Below, one piece after another: positions 62,735 to 64,000 of a stretch of DNA of 64,000 nt. The notes under the pieces are model-generated. The model ran no database searches. It worked only from the letters and a program-made list of their open reading frames with translations, and was not told where the DNA came from. Every line of letters starts with the position of its first letter. The stretch's first letter is position 1. The position numbers were made by a program, and so were the translations under genes. Where the stretch lies: assembly GCF_965221945.1 (NCBI RefSeq), contig NZ_OZ244925.1, forward strand, positions 3,466,091-3,530,090. Reading direction: 5' to 3'. This DNA is from Candidatus Poriferisodalis sp. (GTDB lineage Bacteria; Actinomycetota; Acidimicrobiia; Acidimicrobiales; Poriferisodalaceae).

Positions 62735-63008
62735 GGGGTCGGTCAGCTGCGACCGGAGCGCACCATGAGGTCGAGGGTGCGCTGGATCTGGGCCATGCGA
62801 CGGGCCTCGTCCGCAGCGCCGAGATCGGCCAGAAGGCGACGATGGTGTCGCGCATCGAGACAGGAACCCGCTTGCCGGCTTGGCCGATCCAGGCCTCCTC
62901 GACGTACTTCGGCACGTTCGCCGCCTCGACCACAGCACGCGTCACACCACGATGGAATGCGACCGCGTACTTGATGTTGAGGCTCTTGACCTCATCGGGG
63001 TCCAGCTG
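62735..63008 (-). pseudogene. Swt1-like HEPN gene copy with two internal deletions
   Basis: Three blocks match 43382-43474, 43840-43936 and 44089-44171 in order. Confidence 0.7.
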
Positions 63009-63477
63009 ACGCTGGTCAAGAAGCCGTCAGGCAGCCGCTCGTGGGTCGCTCGGGTCTACGTCGACGGCAAGCGTCGCGAGATCGGAATCGGCGCCTACCC
63101 CGCGGTCAGCCTCGATGACGCCGGCCAACGAACCGCCCGGATTCGTGCCGAGGCTGCTGCGGTCGACCGTTCCGAACTGGCGCTGCACGAGCACATTGCC
63201 TCCAACGCGGCAGGCGAGGGCATCGAGGCTGTGCTGCCGCCGATGCCTCGCATCCGCAACCACCAACGGGCTCGACTGCACCGTCCACGGCTTCCGCTCG
63301 TCGTTCAAGACGTGGGTCATCGAGACCACCTCCACGCCATGGGCTGTCGGCGAAGCGGCTCTGGCTCACGTCGTGGGCAACATCACCGAGGCCGCTTACG
63401 TCCGCAGCGACCTGTTCGAGCAGCGCCGAGAGCTTATGGCCGCCGGGGTCGACTTCAGTGCACCGAGACGCCGATGA
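63009..63477 (+). pseudogene. P4-type tyrosine integrase with large internal deletion
   Basis: N-terminal arm-type block SGSRSWVARVYVDGKRREIGIGAYPAVSLDDAGQRTARIRAEA, then in another frame CTVHGFRSSFKTWVIETT...EAAYVRSDLFEQRRELM. Most of the catalytic core is absent. Confidence 0.65.
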
Positions 63478-63501
63478 TCAGCGTGAGGCACCCGGCGGAG
63501 G

Positions 63502-63580
63502 GAAGATTGTTGAATCTTCTCTCAGAATCCGGCGATTTCCGTTCGGGCAGCCGAAGATTGCACAATCTTCTCTCTGAATC
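63502..63580. repeat. two 28-bp direct repeats, each containing dyad AAGATT-N4-AATCTT
   Basis: GAAGATTGTTGAATCTTCTCTCAGAATC (63502-63529) and GAAGATTGCACAATCTTCTCTCTGAATC (63553-63580). Confidence 0.85.
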
Positions 63581-63656
63581 TCGGATCACTAGCTCAGTTC
63601 GGCCGAGGAGCACCGAGATGGTCGCTGGGGAAGGTGCACACGCCCGTGCCGCAACG

Positions 63657-63692
63657 CAGAACTGCCCTCCGATGAGACGGAGGGCAGTTCTC
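63657..63692. terminator. perfect 14-bp-stem hairpin AGAACTGCCCTCCG-N8-CGGAGGGCAGTTCT
   Basis: Read directly. It lies 18 nt downstream of the minus-strand stop at 63710. Confidence 0.6.
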
Positions 63693-63709
63693 ACTCTTGG
63701 CGGTCCGCG

Positions 63710-64000
63710 TCAGCGACGCCTCGGGACGGCGGCACCGGCGAGCAAAGCGTCTTGGTCCTCTTCGTTGATCTCCCCCAGGTTGAAGAGATGCCTGACGAGC
63801 GCTGACCGGCTGACGTCAAGATCGTCCGCGACTGCGCTGATGCCTTCGTGCGTGTTGATCGCGCCATGAGCCCAGGCGATAGCGGGCTTCAGCCGGCCCG
63901 GCGGCATCAGCAACCACGCTGCGAAAGCGTTGGCGCGCCTCTCAATTTGAATTGGCGCCCATGGGCCGCTGGCGATTGCCAAGCGGGCGCCGTACGAGCG
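63710..64000 (-). CDS. ImmA/IrrE-family metallopeptidase, C-terminal part (5' end beyond window)
   Basis: ERRANAFAAWLLMPPG...VSRSALVRHLFNLGEI is a typical ImmA/IrrE tail. The ORF is open to the window edge. Confidence 0.55.
   Translation of the reverse strand, partial: RSYGARLAIASGPWAPIQIERRANAFAAWLLMPPGRLKPAIAWAHGAINTHEGISAVADDLDVSRSALVRHLFNLGEINEEDQDALLAGAAVPRRR

Noticed and set aside
1-64000. CRISPR arrays
   Set aside because: All tandem repeats seen (2061-2124, 4297-4359, 4589-4648, 5830-5889, 6854-6925) are short head-to-tail units without spacers, and most are inside ORFs. The dispersed 110-nt element is separated by kilobases of genes.

Overview
High-GC, Actinomycetota-like chromosomal window in three parts. 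(1) 1-17.1 kb holds core and envelope genes: MFS fragment, zincin-like hydrolase, SDR epimerase, moaE, a low-complexity membrane protein, mreB, a lipoprotein, HEAT protein, PDZ/Lon-S16 protease and an acyltransferase. It also holds three paralogous polytopic membrane proteins around a secreted PIG-L deacetylase. (2) 17.2-31.2 kb is visibly more AT-rich and looks like an accessory catabolic island, with IS3-type transposase remnants at both edges. It carries LysR, isochorismatase, a sugar-type ABC transporter, three tandem luciferase-like monooxygenases, a crotonase and a CoA-transferase. (3) 31.2-64 kb is a heavily rearranged accessory island. It has two full-length CWB2-type S-layer/cell-wall proteins plus several promoterless 3' fragments of the same family. 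Each of these, and some unrelated genes, ends in a conserved ~110-nt two-hairpin element (nine copies). Interleaved are TA and defence-type genes: 2x VapBC, HipBA, AbiEi/AbiEii, two NYN proteins, an ABC-type ATPase with a TOPRIM-like partner, an AlkB-like dioxygenase and a frameshifted RloB. A Swt1-like HEPN gene is present once intact plus four partial copies. The island also has deleted P4-type integrase remnants and an IS3-family element nested inside an IS1182-family element. The leads I rank highest are the S-layer cassette architecture with its 3' element, an uncharacterised coupled 131-aa/433-aa gene pair, and the multiply duplicated HEPN gene. All family calls come from motif recognition by eye; no searches were run.
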